From Chiloscyllium plagiosum (Eukaryota), in contig NC_057719.1 of NCBI RefSeq assembly GCF_004010195.1, forward strand, positions 62,550,862-62,614,861: a stretch of DNA of 64,000 nucleotides, in the 5' to 3' direction. The notes under the pieces are model-generated. The model saw nothing but the letters and a program-made list of their open reading frames with translations. It did not search any database and had not been told where the DNA came from. Positions 25,247-37,818 of the stretch are shown piece after piece. The position numbers and the translations under genes are program-made. Within the stretch, counting starts at the first letter, position 1, and each line of letters begins with the position of its first letter.

Positions 25247-26232
25247 TGATGGTGGAAGATTTATTGATTTTAACATTGTCGTTATTTTTATTGTTTGAGG
25301 TGGTTTTGCCTGGAATTATTGTAATTTGTTGCAATTAGCTACTTACCAGTCTGATGCTGATAAGTCATTATCTGAGGAGTTGTGGATGCTGCTAAATATT
25401 GAGCAATCATTTAATGAACATGCCACTTCTGACTTAATGACAGATGGAAGGTCATTGATGAAGCTTAAGGTGATTGGGCCTGGGGGAACTATGTTAGCTA
25501 TGCAAAGGTTTGTGTTCAAGTCCCAGAGGTGTATTTTAATATCTCAAAACAAGTTATTAAAAATATCTATGTTAACTCCAACTCCAGCAATGTTCAGTTT
25601 CCCCAATCCTCTTCAGTTTTGCTTGGGTTGCTTGGTGTCACGTTTGGTTAAATGCTGCCTTCATGTCAAGGGAGCATTTCTTGAATTCAGTTCTTCTGTC
25701 GACAGTTTGTACAGGCTGGGGTGAAGCCTGAAGTTGAATTACCTGGCACATTCAAAATTGAGTATTGGTGTGTATATTTTAAATGCCTATAATTGCATAT
25801 TGATAGAACTGTCAATAGCACCTTCTGTCACTTTGCTGATGATTAAGAGTAGATTGATTAGATCAGCAATTGGCTCGGGTGGATGTTTACAGCCCTCTGT
25901 GGAAAGCATATCCCTGGGCAATTATGCACATTAAGTTTTGTTGTTGTCTGGGAACAGCTCCATGAGAGGTGTGGCAACCTCCTGAGGAATATATCTTCAT
26001 TACTACAGCTGGGATGTTGTCTGTCCCATATGTTTGTGTATCAAGCATACTCCACCATTTTTGGATATGCTGAGGAGTAAATTAAATTGGTTCAGTCTGT
26101 TATAGTTGTGACCTCAGTACAACACCGAAATGGATCATCAATTCCTCTATCTTGTCCAGGAAGATGGCTGTGAGTACTTCAACCTTGTCTTGAACACCAG
26201 TGCTGCATTCTGCCATCATTCAAGATGGGGAT

Positions 26233-26510
26233 ATTAGATTAGATTACCTATAGTGTGGAAACAGGTCCTTCGACCCAACAAGTCCACACCGACCCTCCGA
26301 AGAGCAATCCACCCAGACCCATTCCCCTACATTTACCGCTGCGCCTAAAACTACGGGCAATTTAGCATGGCCAATTCACCTGATCTGCACATCTTTGGAC
26401 TGTGGGAGGAAACTGGAGCACCCAGGGGAAACCCACGTAGACACTGGGAGAATGTGCAAACTCCACACAGTTGCCCAAGGCAGGAATTGAACCTGGGTCC
26501 CTGGCACTGT
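26233..26510 (-). mobile_element. HE1 V-SINE, 5' truncated
   Basis: Tail and V-domain present on the minus strand. Confidence 0.92.
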
Positions 26511-26662
26511 CCTTCTACTATTACTTGTTCAATTGCTCAGCAGCATTCTGAACTTTTAAGTGGCATAACTATAGAGTTTTCACCTGGTATATTGGTTGAC
26601 AGATTATTAAAATCCATCCGTGGAATGCTGTTTCTGTGGTTCAGCATAAATGTGGTCCTGTA

Positions 26663-26775
26663 CAGAGGAACCTCATTTATTTGGCATTCGATTATTCGAA
26701 TTTCAGATTATCTGGACAAGTTTTCAAGGTCCCAATACTCTTGCCCATATTGTTCGGATAATCGAGGTTCCCCTG
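26663..26775. mobile_element. Tc1/mariner-pogo-type MITE with TA TSD
   Basis: TA-cagaggaacctc...gaggttcccctg-TA. Confidence 0.8.
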
Positions 26776-27101
26776 TATTGCACTTGCACCAACCTGATTG
26801 CTCATGTTTACTGTAACCAGATATTGCTTCTGACATGCTCTCCTACACACTTCATTCAACTTAGGCAGAGTGAAGGATGTTTCGGGCCTAACGTGACAGA
26901 TGGTGATGGAATCCAATTCTGCTGCTGTCTCTCACAGTCCCTTGTGGATCCCAGTTTTTAGTTGCTAGATCTGAATTCAATCTACTCCATTAACATGGGT
27001 GGTAGTACAACATGATAGAAGATCACCGCAGTGCGAGGGCAGAACTTCCCACAAGGCCTGTACAGGGATTACTCTTGTCAGTCATTCATTGATAGATGAA
27101 T

Positions 27102-27409
27102 CGGCGGCTCAGTGGTTAGCACTGCTGCCTCACACTGCCAGGGTCCCAGGTTCGATTCCAGCCTTGGGCGACAGTCTGTGTGGAGTTTGCACATTTTCCC
27201 CGTGTCTGCATGGGTTTCTTCTGGGTGCTCCAGTTTCCTCCCACATTCCAAAGATGTGCAGGTCAGGTGAATTGGCTATGCTAAATTGTCCATAGTTGTT
27301 AGACCCATTAGTCAGAGGAGGGGAGGTGGGTTACTTTTCGGAGGGTCGGTCTGGACTTGTTGGGTCGAAGGGCCTGTTTCCACACTCTAGGGAATCTAAT
27401 CTAATCTAA
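27102..27409 (+). mobile_element. HE1 V-SINE
   Basis: Head, V-domain and (AATCT)n tail present. Confidence 0.95.
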
Positions 27410-27664
27410 AGTAAGTAGATTGGTGAGGATTAAATTAGGCAGCAATTTCCCTTATATTGGTTCTCTCGCCACCTGCTCTGGGCCCAGTCTAGCAATTTTA
27501 TTCATCAAGGCTGGACTGCTTGGTGGTAGTGCCACAAAGTAACTCTGTGCTGGATGTGATGTATCCCATCTCGAAAATATTTGGTGTCTTTAGTAACTTC
27601 AGTGCTGTTTCCAATTTGTAGTAATCAAAGTGAACAGTGTGAGTCATCAGCTGAGGGAGTATAA

Positions 27665-27976
27665 TAGATTAGATTACTTACAGCATGGAAACAGGCCCTT
27701 CAGCCCAACAAGTCCACACCGCCCTGCCGAAGCGCAACCCACCCATACCCCTACATTTACCCCTTACCTAACACTACGGGCAATTTAGCATGGCCAATTC
27801 ACCTTACCTGCACTTCTTTTGGACTGTGGGAGGAAACCGGAGCACCCGGAGGAAACCCACGCAGACACTGGGAGAACGTGCAAACTCCACACAGTCAGTC
27901 GCCTGAGGCTGGAATTGAACCCGGGTCTCAGGCGCTGTGAGGCAGCAGTGCTAACCACTGTGCCACCGTGCCGCCC
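27665..27976 (-). mobile_element. HE1 V-SINE, full length
   Basis: Head, V-domain and tail present on the minus strand. Confidence 0.95.
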
Positions 27977-28447
27977 ACTAGGTGACAATCAGGCTGTCTC
28001 TATGTTCATGTCTGACCTGATGTGATGAAACCTTGTGAGGTCTAGTTGGGCCAACAGTATATATCTATTCTTCTGCCTCCGATGGATTTCTCCTGCCAGT
28101 GAGAATGATGGTGGATGGTACTGAAAGGTGTTCTGTTCATCGTTCTGGGACACTAGGATCATGTTTCAGTGAAGCTACTGTGATGTGGAGCTCAATGTCT
28201 TGAGAATGATACTTCTTCAGAATCCGGCTGTGTCATTAAATAAAAGATTCATTGAATAAAAAACTTGGAAACGGCAATTTACATATTGAAGTGCTGCATC
28301 ATACCTGTGCATTTATGGCTTAAGGAAAACAAGCAATAGGGATTTTAAAAATAGGAATGGGGACAACAGCAAAGAAGATCAACCTCGGGATTGAGAATGA
28401 TGTTGGAAGCAGGACCAAAGCAAGATTGAACCAAGAAGAGAGACAGC

Positions 28448-28549
28448 AGGTCAGGCAGCATCCGAGGAACGTTTCGGGCAAGAGCTCTTCATCAGCACCA
28501 CACTCGACTCTGATCTCCAGCATCTGCAGTCCTCACTTTCTCCCAAAAA
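28448..28549. mobile_element. Short Penelope pLTR-derived insert
   Basis: Minus-strand CTGATGA-agagctcttgccc-GAAAcgtt, flanked by agagacagc direct repeats. Confidence 0.65.
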
Positions 28550-29759
28550 AGAGACAGCTGAAGGAGTCCATTGCAGTGGAAATGGGCATCAGGGACCTGA
28601 AAAATAGTGTGGAAACAGGAAGTGAGAGAAGCGGGGCTGTGTCATTGATGACAGCATAAAACAAGATGTGCACACAAGGACTAGGCAGCAGGAAGTCTGT
28701 GCCTAACATTGTGATCATGAACATTGTAACGTTATCATATGTATGCTTCAAACCAAATAAAGTGATGATTTGATTGTATCATCTTAAAAAAAATGAGCTC
28801 AGTTACTTGTACCACGTTGATGGAGCTGCAAAAATAATGTATGCTGTGAATCTGTATAATTTGAATGAGCCACAAATAGTTTCATCCTTGGGAACAGCAA
28901 CTTAAACATTTGTGAGAAAAGCCTGCCTGAGCAAGGTTAGTCAGCTTTTTCAAGGTTAGGCTGGCAGTAGATCAAGTGGAGACTATGGGAGCCAGTTAAT
29001 TAATTGGTGACTAAGAAAAATAATGAAACTAGCCTGTGGGAGGGCTAGGACCTACTGGTACGTAGAGCAAGAGTTAATATTGTAACAGGGTCAAAAGGTC
29101 TGCAGAACTGTACCTAAGGCAAGAAAATGCTCTGCCTTTTGGAGCTGATAATTTCTTTGAAGGAAATAGATGGGCAAGGTGAGTTGAGTCATCCAAAAGC
29201 TGAATTGCTTATTGCATTGACATAGTGGAAATGTGATTAAACATTCTTGTTTGTAATGCAGCACACATGCTGTAACTCCCAGAATGATGTCCAGGCAAGG
29301 TGTAAGAAGTAGAAGCAAATGTACCCAGAGGATGAAAATTAAGTTATGCAACATAAAAGCAAATTAGTGGCTTTTCAAAATGATCATAACCTAAGGGGTA
29401 ATCCTGTCTTGTAACACACATCTGAGCACCTCCCCCGGAACCAGACTGTTGCTCTTTTTCTTTCTCAAAGATGTTTCAAGCCTGTTTAAATTCCACTTTA
29501 CCATTTTAAACATGTTCCAATCACTTTTGACCAAATCAAATTGTGCAGCATTTATTACTTAAGTCAATAATGTTGTGGTGTTTATTTGTGGTGGCAGCTT
29601 AAAGATGCAGGCTTCAGCCAGCTTCATTTTCACATCACATTTGTGGATTTTCTGCCTTACTGCTCAGTGATGGGTCAGGACATCATGTTGTTTATTTGTG
29701 GATTACTTGCAGCAATAGGTTGGCCGTCGGTATCATGCAACAAGACGACGAAAAGACTC

Positions 29760-30145
29760 GTATTTCTGTAGAAGTATTCACAACTGCAGGGTGTCCCAAT
29801 TGTTTACAGCCAGAGAGGTGCTTTTGAAGTGAGGCTGCTACTGTAACATAAGAGATGTAAGCAGCGAGCTCTCTCAGACAGTAATGTCATAATGAGTTGA
29901 TGATCTGTTTTGGTGATGTTGCTTGAGAAACGAATAGTGGCACCAAGGAAAACTTGCTTCCTCTTCTTTGAGAACGTATCGCGGAATTGTTTGCATCCTC
30001 CTGAGAAGACAGATTAGCCTCTCATCTGAAAGTATCATTCTGGACTGCCAGCATAGATCGTGTGCTGAAGCCTCTGCTGTGGGAATCATGCCCTTTAACC
30101 TTTTTGATTCTGAAGCGAGAGTGCTTCCCATGAAGAACTGCTGAT
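29760..30145 (-). mobile_element. Deu-domain SINE (SacSINE1-like), decayed
   Basis: tRNA-like head at the high-coordinate end and a Deu-like core (minus strand caagcaacatcaccaaaacagatcatc...cattatgacatt). Confidence 0.65.
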
Positions 30146-30499
30146 GGCCCCCTCAAACCTTATTACCTGATATTTTAAAAGGGCATTTTATATGTAAACC
30201 TTACGGCTACTGAGAGATCCCTACCTCCAAGGTATAGCACCGTGTTTGGGAAAATTGGAGATCACCTTCCCTCCTTCCTTTTCACTGGTGCTGTAGACTT
30301 GTGAACTGTGCTCAAACTGGTGAGTTCCAGTTGAGAATATTTCAGACAAAATAATGGGGGCAGAAGATTTAATTAACAAAACATGATAAATCTACAGTAG
30401 AGGCAAGGCAAGGCGAAAGCTATTAATATAAGAAGTGAGAAACGAGCCAAGACACAAAGGAACAGCAAGTCGGGTAACTCAAAAAGTAAGTCTAGAAGT

Positions 30500-32100
30500 T
30501 ACGTTCGTAAAAATACTAAGCTAAAGATTCTGCCAATGTGACTGCACATAGAATTTGAGGAAATGGACTAAGAAAACAAATAGAAATAAGTAAGTCAAAA
30601 GATATAGCTGCAGGATAACAAGGATTGGAGCTTGAATATTAAAGCATTTTGGAGGGTAAGGAATCATGGAAATGTTGAAGGGGTGAATCTGTTCACAAAT
30701 GATGGCATTAAAGACACAATAGAGAGAGATGATCTAAATTCAGGAATGTCGATGTGATAGAGATGATAAAAGATAAAGGCAAGAAGTCACTTGCAGGAGT
30801 GGTGTGGACTCTCCCTTATACTAACTGCATTGCAGGATGAAGTAAAAAAAAGAGAACTTGCCAGAAAGTACAACGTTAATCATGGGAGATGTTAATGTCC
30901 ATGTAGCATAAATAATCAGGTAATCAAACATAGCTCAAATGAGGAATTCATAAAAAAATTATGGGGCAGTCTTTTAGAACAGTGCATTCTGGAGCTGACC
31001 AGACAGCAGGCTATATTAATCCTGGTGTTCTGTAACAAGATTGATTATTAATCAATTCTCATAGTGAAGTTGCCCACACATGATATTAATCATTGAATTT
31101 TACATTCAGTTTGATGCAGAGAAGATTAAGTCCAACACCGGTGTTTTTAACTTAAATAAGGACAATTATGAGGGCATTCAGAATAGAGCAAGGTAAACTG
31201 AACTAGTCAATTAGGTTCAGGGATGGATGATTAAAGATGCAGTGGTAGACCTTTAGATGGATTCTTCAGAATACACAGAATGGATACATTCCAATGAGAA
31301 AGTAAAATTTCAATGGGAAGACTGTTGTAGACCAGGCCACACCCTCTCAAAACATTTCAAGAAGGTAGCCCAGACCCTAACTTTACTCGTTTTAAGCAGT
31401 GGATATTCCAGGAGTGATGCAACTGGTTCAACCACTTTGTTTTAAGCAAAACAGAGTTTATTTACAACATTACTGAATGAAACACAAACAGAAAACTGAA
31501 TACCGACTAACTTAACCTCTCTGAAAACCCACAGATCATCCTAACTTAATGATGCTGTTCCAAATACTTGCAACAATCCCCATAAATGCCCCTTGGCCCA
31601 AAAGGAAAAATCAAATACAAGTTCTCACAAGATAGAAGTCAGAGTGAGAGTACCAGCCTGCATCTGCTTCTGTGGGTCCAGCAGCCTTTCTTCACACTAC
31701 TGCTTTTAAAAAAAACAGAGTAAAACTGAACTGAGAGAACCCCTTTCATTGTGTAAGTGTTTTCTTTAAATTTGAAAGCCTCTTCCTGAGGCAGTATCTG
31801 TTAGCTATTATCAAATTGGCCCTAAAACCCAACACCCCAGACTTTTCAGAGTCAGTATTGTTCATAACATTTCTGGAAACAGAAACCAAGGACTGCATAA
31901 CCTTGTTAAATGAACATCTTCATCACAAAAACCCACCAACTATTGGAAACTGAAATCATTAACTTAATATCCAACTTAAAGTAATTAGTTGTGCAAAGAT
32001 GGATGGCAGACCAGAAGATTGGATTGAATATGGTAAAAACTGCAAAGAATAAATGAAGTATTGGTAAGGAGTTATTAATAAGACATGGATATACATAGAA
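30500..32100 (+). mobile_element. Old CR1 ORF2 endonuclease region, split by a solo LTR
   Basis: LIMGDVN (GDFN-like APE motif) near 30877-30897 with CR1-like downstream sequence. Confidence 0.6.
31323..31927 (-). mobile_element. Solo LTR (about 605 bp)
   Basis: TGTTG...TCACA termini, an imperfect 5-bp TSD (aagac/aaaac), and a minus-strand AATAAA near 31457. Confidence 0.65.
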
Positions 32101-33499
32101 CATTTGTAAAAACAGGTGGAATGAGTTATTGTGATGAAGATTTGGAAATCTGAGTTTTAAAGTGAGAAGAATCATGTACAGCTTTAAAATTGATTTGCAT
32201 TTCTGTGCTTCAGGTGTTACGAAAATGGGCATTTTTGAGTTCTGCAAGTTCTCATAGATTGTTTGGAGATTTGTTTACCTGCATTTCAACGTATTCTTCT
32301 GCATGCTTTAAACCCTTGAGGTGAATTATTCAGTGTCAGAAACAAGGGCTGGATGAAAGAAAAATAATTGAACTATTCCCTCAGAAAAGGAGTACTATAA
32401 CGTAGAGACAGAGACAGAATGAGAGTTTTTAGAAAGACAGAGCTATCCAGAAGGATATTGAGTGTAAAAGTTTCTTTCAGAGAGGGAAGCAGGTTACTCA
32501 GAGGAAAGAAAGACCAGTAGCAGCAGCAGTCTTAAAAAATATCCAGTAAGAGAAAAGAAGTTGGAGGTGGCATCATGTCAATGGCAAGAATTCTTCAGAA
32601 ACAGAAGGCTATGGAAGAAGAGTGTAAGGAACTCATTTTTGGAAATAAGTGAATTGTGCAATAAGTTCACAGGAAGTAGTAGTATATATTATTATAATCA
32701 GTTTTTGGTGCAACAAGTTTGGCTTCAAGATGTCATCTCTGGTATATGCAAGCATATTGCTAGCAATAGCCTTACTGGATGCAGTTTTACTGAAGACACA
32801 ATTACATGTGCTGGAATTATGTAGACCATGCAGATTTGTGCGTAAAGCTGATTTTGACTACAGGGTTAACATTTTGGAGTTCACAGTTTCATCCTTGCAC
32901 AGCTGAACCTGATGTTCAAAAATTGTAAGCACCAACGCCACTTAAAGATCAGATACTGGCTGTGTCTAAAAGTGTTCCTTGTCTTTCACTGTCTGTTAGT
33001 GCCTACAGGGAGTGAAGTGGCCAGTGCTAAAGGACTTTGTTGAAAATATTCTGGTACATGTAACAATGCCATGGGAATTGTCAGATGCATTCCTTTGACT
33101 AATAGAATGAGCTGAAAGGACACTGGACATTCCAATGGAAGAGGAAGGTGGAGGTAATTTTCAGTCGGGATTCTCTGGAATGATTGTCCTGCATGAATCC
33201 CTTCAGGGAACAATAGATGAAATATCTATAGGTCACAAAGTGTTTACACACTGACACCTGCCACCCACTGTAGCCACAAATGCAAACTCAAAGCACAACA
33301 TGGTTGATATTGCCAATCTATGTGAAGATGGTGTTGACCATGAACTTTTAGGTATTTAGGTCCTTCCTGATAGCAGTTGACAATCTTAACATTTCCCGTG
33401 TTGCATGAGGGAAGTCACCGATATTTTGTATTCCAAGACACGTGCACATAGTTTCTTCTTTCCTGTGGTTCCATGTTGCCCATAATCAGAATGCCGGTG

Positions 33500-33798
33500 A
33501 GATTAGATTCCCTACAGTGTGGAAACAGGCCGTTCGGCCCAACCAGTCCACACCGACCCTCCGAAGAGTAACCCACCCAGACTCATCTCCTTTGACTAAT
33601 GCACCTAACGCTATGGGCAATTTAGCATGGCCTGAACATCTTTGGTCTGTGGGAGGAAACCAGAGCACCCGGAGGAAACCCACACAGACACTGGGAGAAT
33701 GTGCAAACTCCACACAGACGGTCTGCTCAAGAGCTAGAATTGAACCTGGAACCCTGGTGCTGTGAGGCAGCAGTGCTAACCACTGAGCCACCGTGCTG
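33500..33798 (-). mobile_element. HE1 V-SINE
   Basis: Head, V-domain and tail present on the minus strand. Confidence 0.95.
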
Positions 33799-34074
33799 AG
33801 AGTGTATGCGCGCTGCAATATGGGGGCTACTTATCATTGCTGATGTATTTCACAGCAACAGGAACTCTGTTCCCTCAAATTCCAGTTGGTTTGTCAATGT
33901 AGGTGATGGATCATGTCAGACAGCGCTATTCTAAATTGCACTTGCCACAACACAGTGAAGGGTGCCTCGTGAATAATAGGGCTATTCATTGACAATTTTG
34001 CTCCTGGCTCTGGTGTGCAGACCATAAACATGTTGACAGCATTCATAATATTGAAGCATGCTACTATTTTTTAA

Positions 34075-34900
34075 AAATAAATTCTCTCAGGATATGGCTA
34101 TCAGTGGCTGGGTTCAGTGTTTATTGCCTATCCCTCAAGTAAGTAGTGGTGGTAAGCTTCCTCCTTGAATGTCTGCAGACCATGTGGGTTGACCCACAAT
34201 GCTGTCAGAGAGGGAGTTCCAGGATTTTGACCCATTGGAGAAACATTGATATATTTCCAAATCAGGATGGTGAGTGACATGGAGGAGAACTTGCAAGTGG
34301 TGCTGTTCCCATGTCCCTGCTGCCATTGTACTTCAAATGATTGTGCTCATGGGTTTGGAAGGTGCTGTCAAAGGTTGGAGGTGGTGAATTTCTGCTGTTT
34401 ATCTTGTAGGTGATACACAGTGCTGTGGCGATGCATTGGTGGTGAAAGCAGTGAATATTTGTGGATTGGATGCCAGTCAAGCAGGCTGCTTTGTTCTGGC
34501 TAGCACCAAGATTCTTGAGTGTTGTTGGACCTGCATCCATCCAGGCAAATGGAGAGCATTTTATCTGCTGCTGACATGTGCCTTGTAGATGATGCACAGG
34601 TTTTGGGGAGTCAAGAGTAAGGATACACACTGCAGGATTCCTAATCTCTGACCTATCCTTGTTGAGACAAAAGTGAGTACTGCAGATGCTGGTGATCTGA
34701 GTCTGGATTAGAGCGGTGTTGGAAAAGCACAGCATGTCAGGCAGCATCCAAGGACCATTTTTGCCTGAAACGTCGATTTTCCTGCTCCTCAGCATTCAAT
34801 GGCAATGCCACTAAACCTCAAGTGTCAGTAGTTAGATTCACTTTTGTTAGAGATAATCATTGCCTAGCACTCAAGTGGCTTAAAATCGCAGTTCCCATTT
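34075..34900 (-). mobile_element. CR1/L2-group LINE family B 3' part, with a Penelope pLTR piece at about 34665-34792
   Basis: SPFAWMDAGPTTLKNLGASQNKAACLTG and SKSWNSLSDSIVG, with a family B tail. Confidence 0.8.
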
Positions 34901-36196
34901 GTCAGTGTCAAAACGGAATTTAATTAGCAGGGATCTGTGAGAGCAAAACAAATCAACAATACTCAAAAAAAAATCAATTGAACTGACAATAATCAGCCTT
35001 TATTGTAAATACTGCCACAGTGTGACTGAAACTTGCCACAGAGATCCAAATAATTCAATATTTCCCTTCCAAGTTTTGTGCCTTTACAAATGAAAGGTGT
35101 ACATTATGTACTTTAAAATATACTGAGGAATTTACAGATTATCATGAAATGTATGTCACCTGTAACACTGAATCTTAGTCCTTAAAAAATTAATCATTTG
35201 CGTCATTCCATAGCTCTGTTTCTGTTTTACAGCTAAAATCTGCAGTTCGAAATATACAGGAAGCTGTTAAGAAGATTACTGAAATTTTATCAAACTTATG
35301 GAATTTGTTTATATTCAGATTGGTCCTGAAAGCCTTTCCTGACCTTTTGCCACTGTCCTTTTAACTTACTGAATTATAACTTGAAAGTTGACTAATTTTT
35401 TTCCCATCATGCAATGTTAAATGTTCCCCACAATACCACATCAGGCCAAGCCTGGATATTTCCTGGGTCTGGCTGCATTTTGATGTGGACTGCTTCATTA
35501 TCTCAGGAGCTGTGAATGTTGCTGAACGTTTCACATTCATCAGTCAGTATTCACACTTCTGACCTTAGGATGGAGGCAAGTTCCAAAAAACATCTTTGGT
35601 TCTAAACAAGTAGACTATTGATACGTCATAACAGAATGAAAAGATTATAAATGTTAAGTAAATTGTATCATTAAGGTGAGTACATGGAGGGTACTGGTTG
35701 AATAATATTTTCGCTCATATACAGTATAAAAGGTGTTGCTGGACACTGGTGTAGATGGTAGGTAGGTGGGAGGAAGGAAGAGTTGCATAAAACTGAGCCT
35801 GTGAAAAATCTATTATCAAGAAAAGAATTTGTCTCTAGATTTAAACTTTACCAAAGGGCTTGAATTCCTCATCATAGGATTGTGCAGTCTGAAAAAATAG
35901 AGATGAGTGAATTGCATTTTCCACATGATTGCCATTATCCCTTGCGCTCATGCAGTGGAATTCACCAAAGAGTGACTTTCACTGCATGGCCAGCCCTGCT
36001 CAAACATTTATTGAACTGTTTTTTTTTAAAAACGCAATGCAACTTTATATTCCCTGGAAGCCCTCAAGCGAAGGTTCTTTGATCACTGAAAAGGTACCTT
36101 TCAAAGACCGAGTTTCTGCTTTCTCACAGGAATGGGAATCATCAATGTTTTCACACAAACGGGACAGACTCTCAACATTTATTTTGCTTCCCTTAG

Positions 36197-36259
36197 GAAA
36201 TTGACAGTCCAGCCTTGACAGAAAAGCTGCAGCTTGGTTTTCCTCGCAGCTGTGTGGAG
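36197..36259 (+). CDS. Candidate 63-nt internal exon (EIDSPALTEKLQLGFPRSCVE), host gene unknown
   Basis: Acceptor tttattttgcttcccttAG, donor GAG|GTAAGC, an open phase-0 frame and repeat-free context. Confidence 0.3.
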
Positions 36260-37818
36260 GTAAGCCTGGATTTCATCAACCCAGAACCTGTCTAATACTG
36301 TGAATTGGGAATATAAACATACTCCAATGTCGAAGGGCACATATGATTGATAATGAATGTTTTACCTGTGACTGAACATCCGAGTGTTTCTGTAAGAACT
36401 TGAAATCAAACCAAAAAGTGTCAACTTAAAAAAGAGTTTAAAAACTGAAGGCAGTGTTATTCTTTTGGTTAAAATTATCGCCCAGATTGTAGGACAGGAA
36501 CCTGCAACTAAGCAATGTGTGTTCCGGTGAGAACTGTTACTTTAAATTTTCTTTTAGATCATTTTCACTGTTGCATTTGTTTGTTTTTCATTCTGGAATA
36601 TTGCCAGTTATACAGAAATAGTTATATAAATAGAAATGATTTGCACAGAAAATTTAGCAGTGCATTATATCTTCCAGGCAAATTACTGAATTTATCACTT
36701 TTCAAACACAGAAAAGCCCTTTCATCATACATGCCTGCTCTGCTTATTCAATTGTACAAGCCTCAAATAGAAATCTGCAGACGTTATCTCTGAGATGAAC
36801 TGATAGACATTTATTCACAGTCAATTTCATTGAGTAACTATATTTAAATATAAGTCTGCTACATTTATAGTTTTGGTACATTTTTGCTCTTTTCATTATT
36901 TGTCCATGGGATATGAGCACCACTATCTGGGCCAGCATTTTTCTTTGCTCTTAATTGCCGTTGAGCATTGTGCTGGACTGCCTTCTTGAGCTGCTGTAAT
37001 CTGTGTGGTGTAGATACATTGTCAATGCTTTTATGGGGAAAGTTTCAGGCTTTTTACCTAGCGACAGAAGAGTATGAACTTTTCTATATCAGATGGAAAA
37101 TTGAAGGGGTCCCAGTTCCCTGTACTGGCAATGTAGGTCTTGTTTTATTTTCTGACTACATGAGTTTGTTAGATCCTGTCAATTTATGAATGAATAATTT
37201 ATTGTCACATATCTCGAAGACGCAGTGGAAACTGTTTCGTCACCACAATCTGGCACCATTTTGAGTTACAATAGGGATAAAAAGAAATTACTTATTAAAG
37301 TTAATCTTCTGTTCAAATTGGGATCTCAAGCATGGCTTTGGGGCTTTTGCAAGGTCTCTGAAAGATGGGCCTCAAAGACTCCTACTCTGGGAACAGCAAT
37401 GATGATGCTGATGCCTCTGAAGACCCCAAATCCCCTTCTGCCACTACCAAGAATCCAGGCTATGGCCCACCGCTGGCAGGATTCCTGATCCATGCTGCTG
37501 ACACCACAGTCACCATCCTGCCAACACCGCTCCAACCTCAGAAATGAAGAAGAAAAAGGAAAAAAAGGCAAAAAAATACATGGAGGAAACAATACAACCT
37601 GCCTGGAGGGGACAAGCTGACGACTTGCACTGATTCCTCATTGCTGTGGGGACTCGGTGCATTATCAACTGGTATGAGACTGTGCAAAATCATTTCAGAT
37701 TGGATCTCTATGGCTTACAGTGAGCGAGATTGGTGACTTGTCATCATGTTAGCCCTGGGCTGAATTCCAAGCCAGACAAGAAGGTAGGGTGCAAAATCTA
37801 CTGCCTCGACACACTTTC

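Larger units (their letters stand above)
23550..28100 (-). mobile_element. Long decayed CR1/L2-group LINE (family B) hosting an LTR, two MITEs and three HE1 SINEs
   Basis: Successive minus-strand pieces, e.g. RLGILKGITHLLTAQSLFTNDKAQVRNVREYSPLVW. The 3' tail is near 23550-23620 and the copy is collinear with the plus copy at 48850-52320. Confidence 0.7.

Noticed and set aside
35233..35364. Acceptor followed by LKSAVRNIQEAVKKITEIL...
   Set aside because: There is no donor site or recognisable homology, so it is compatible with chance.
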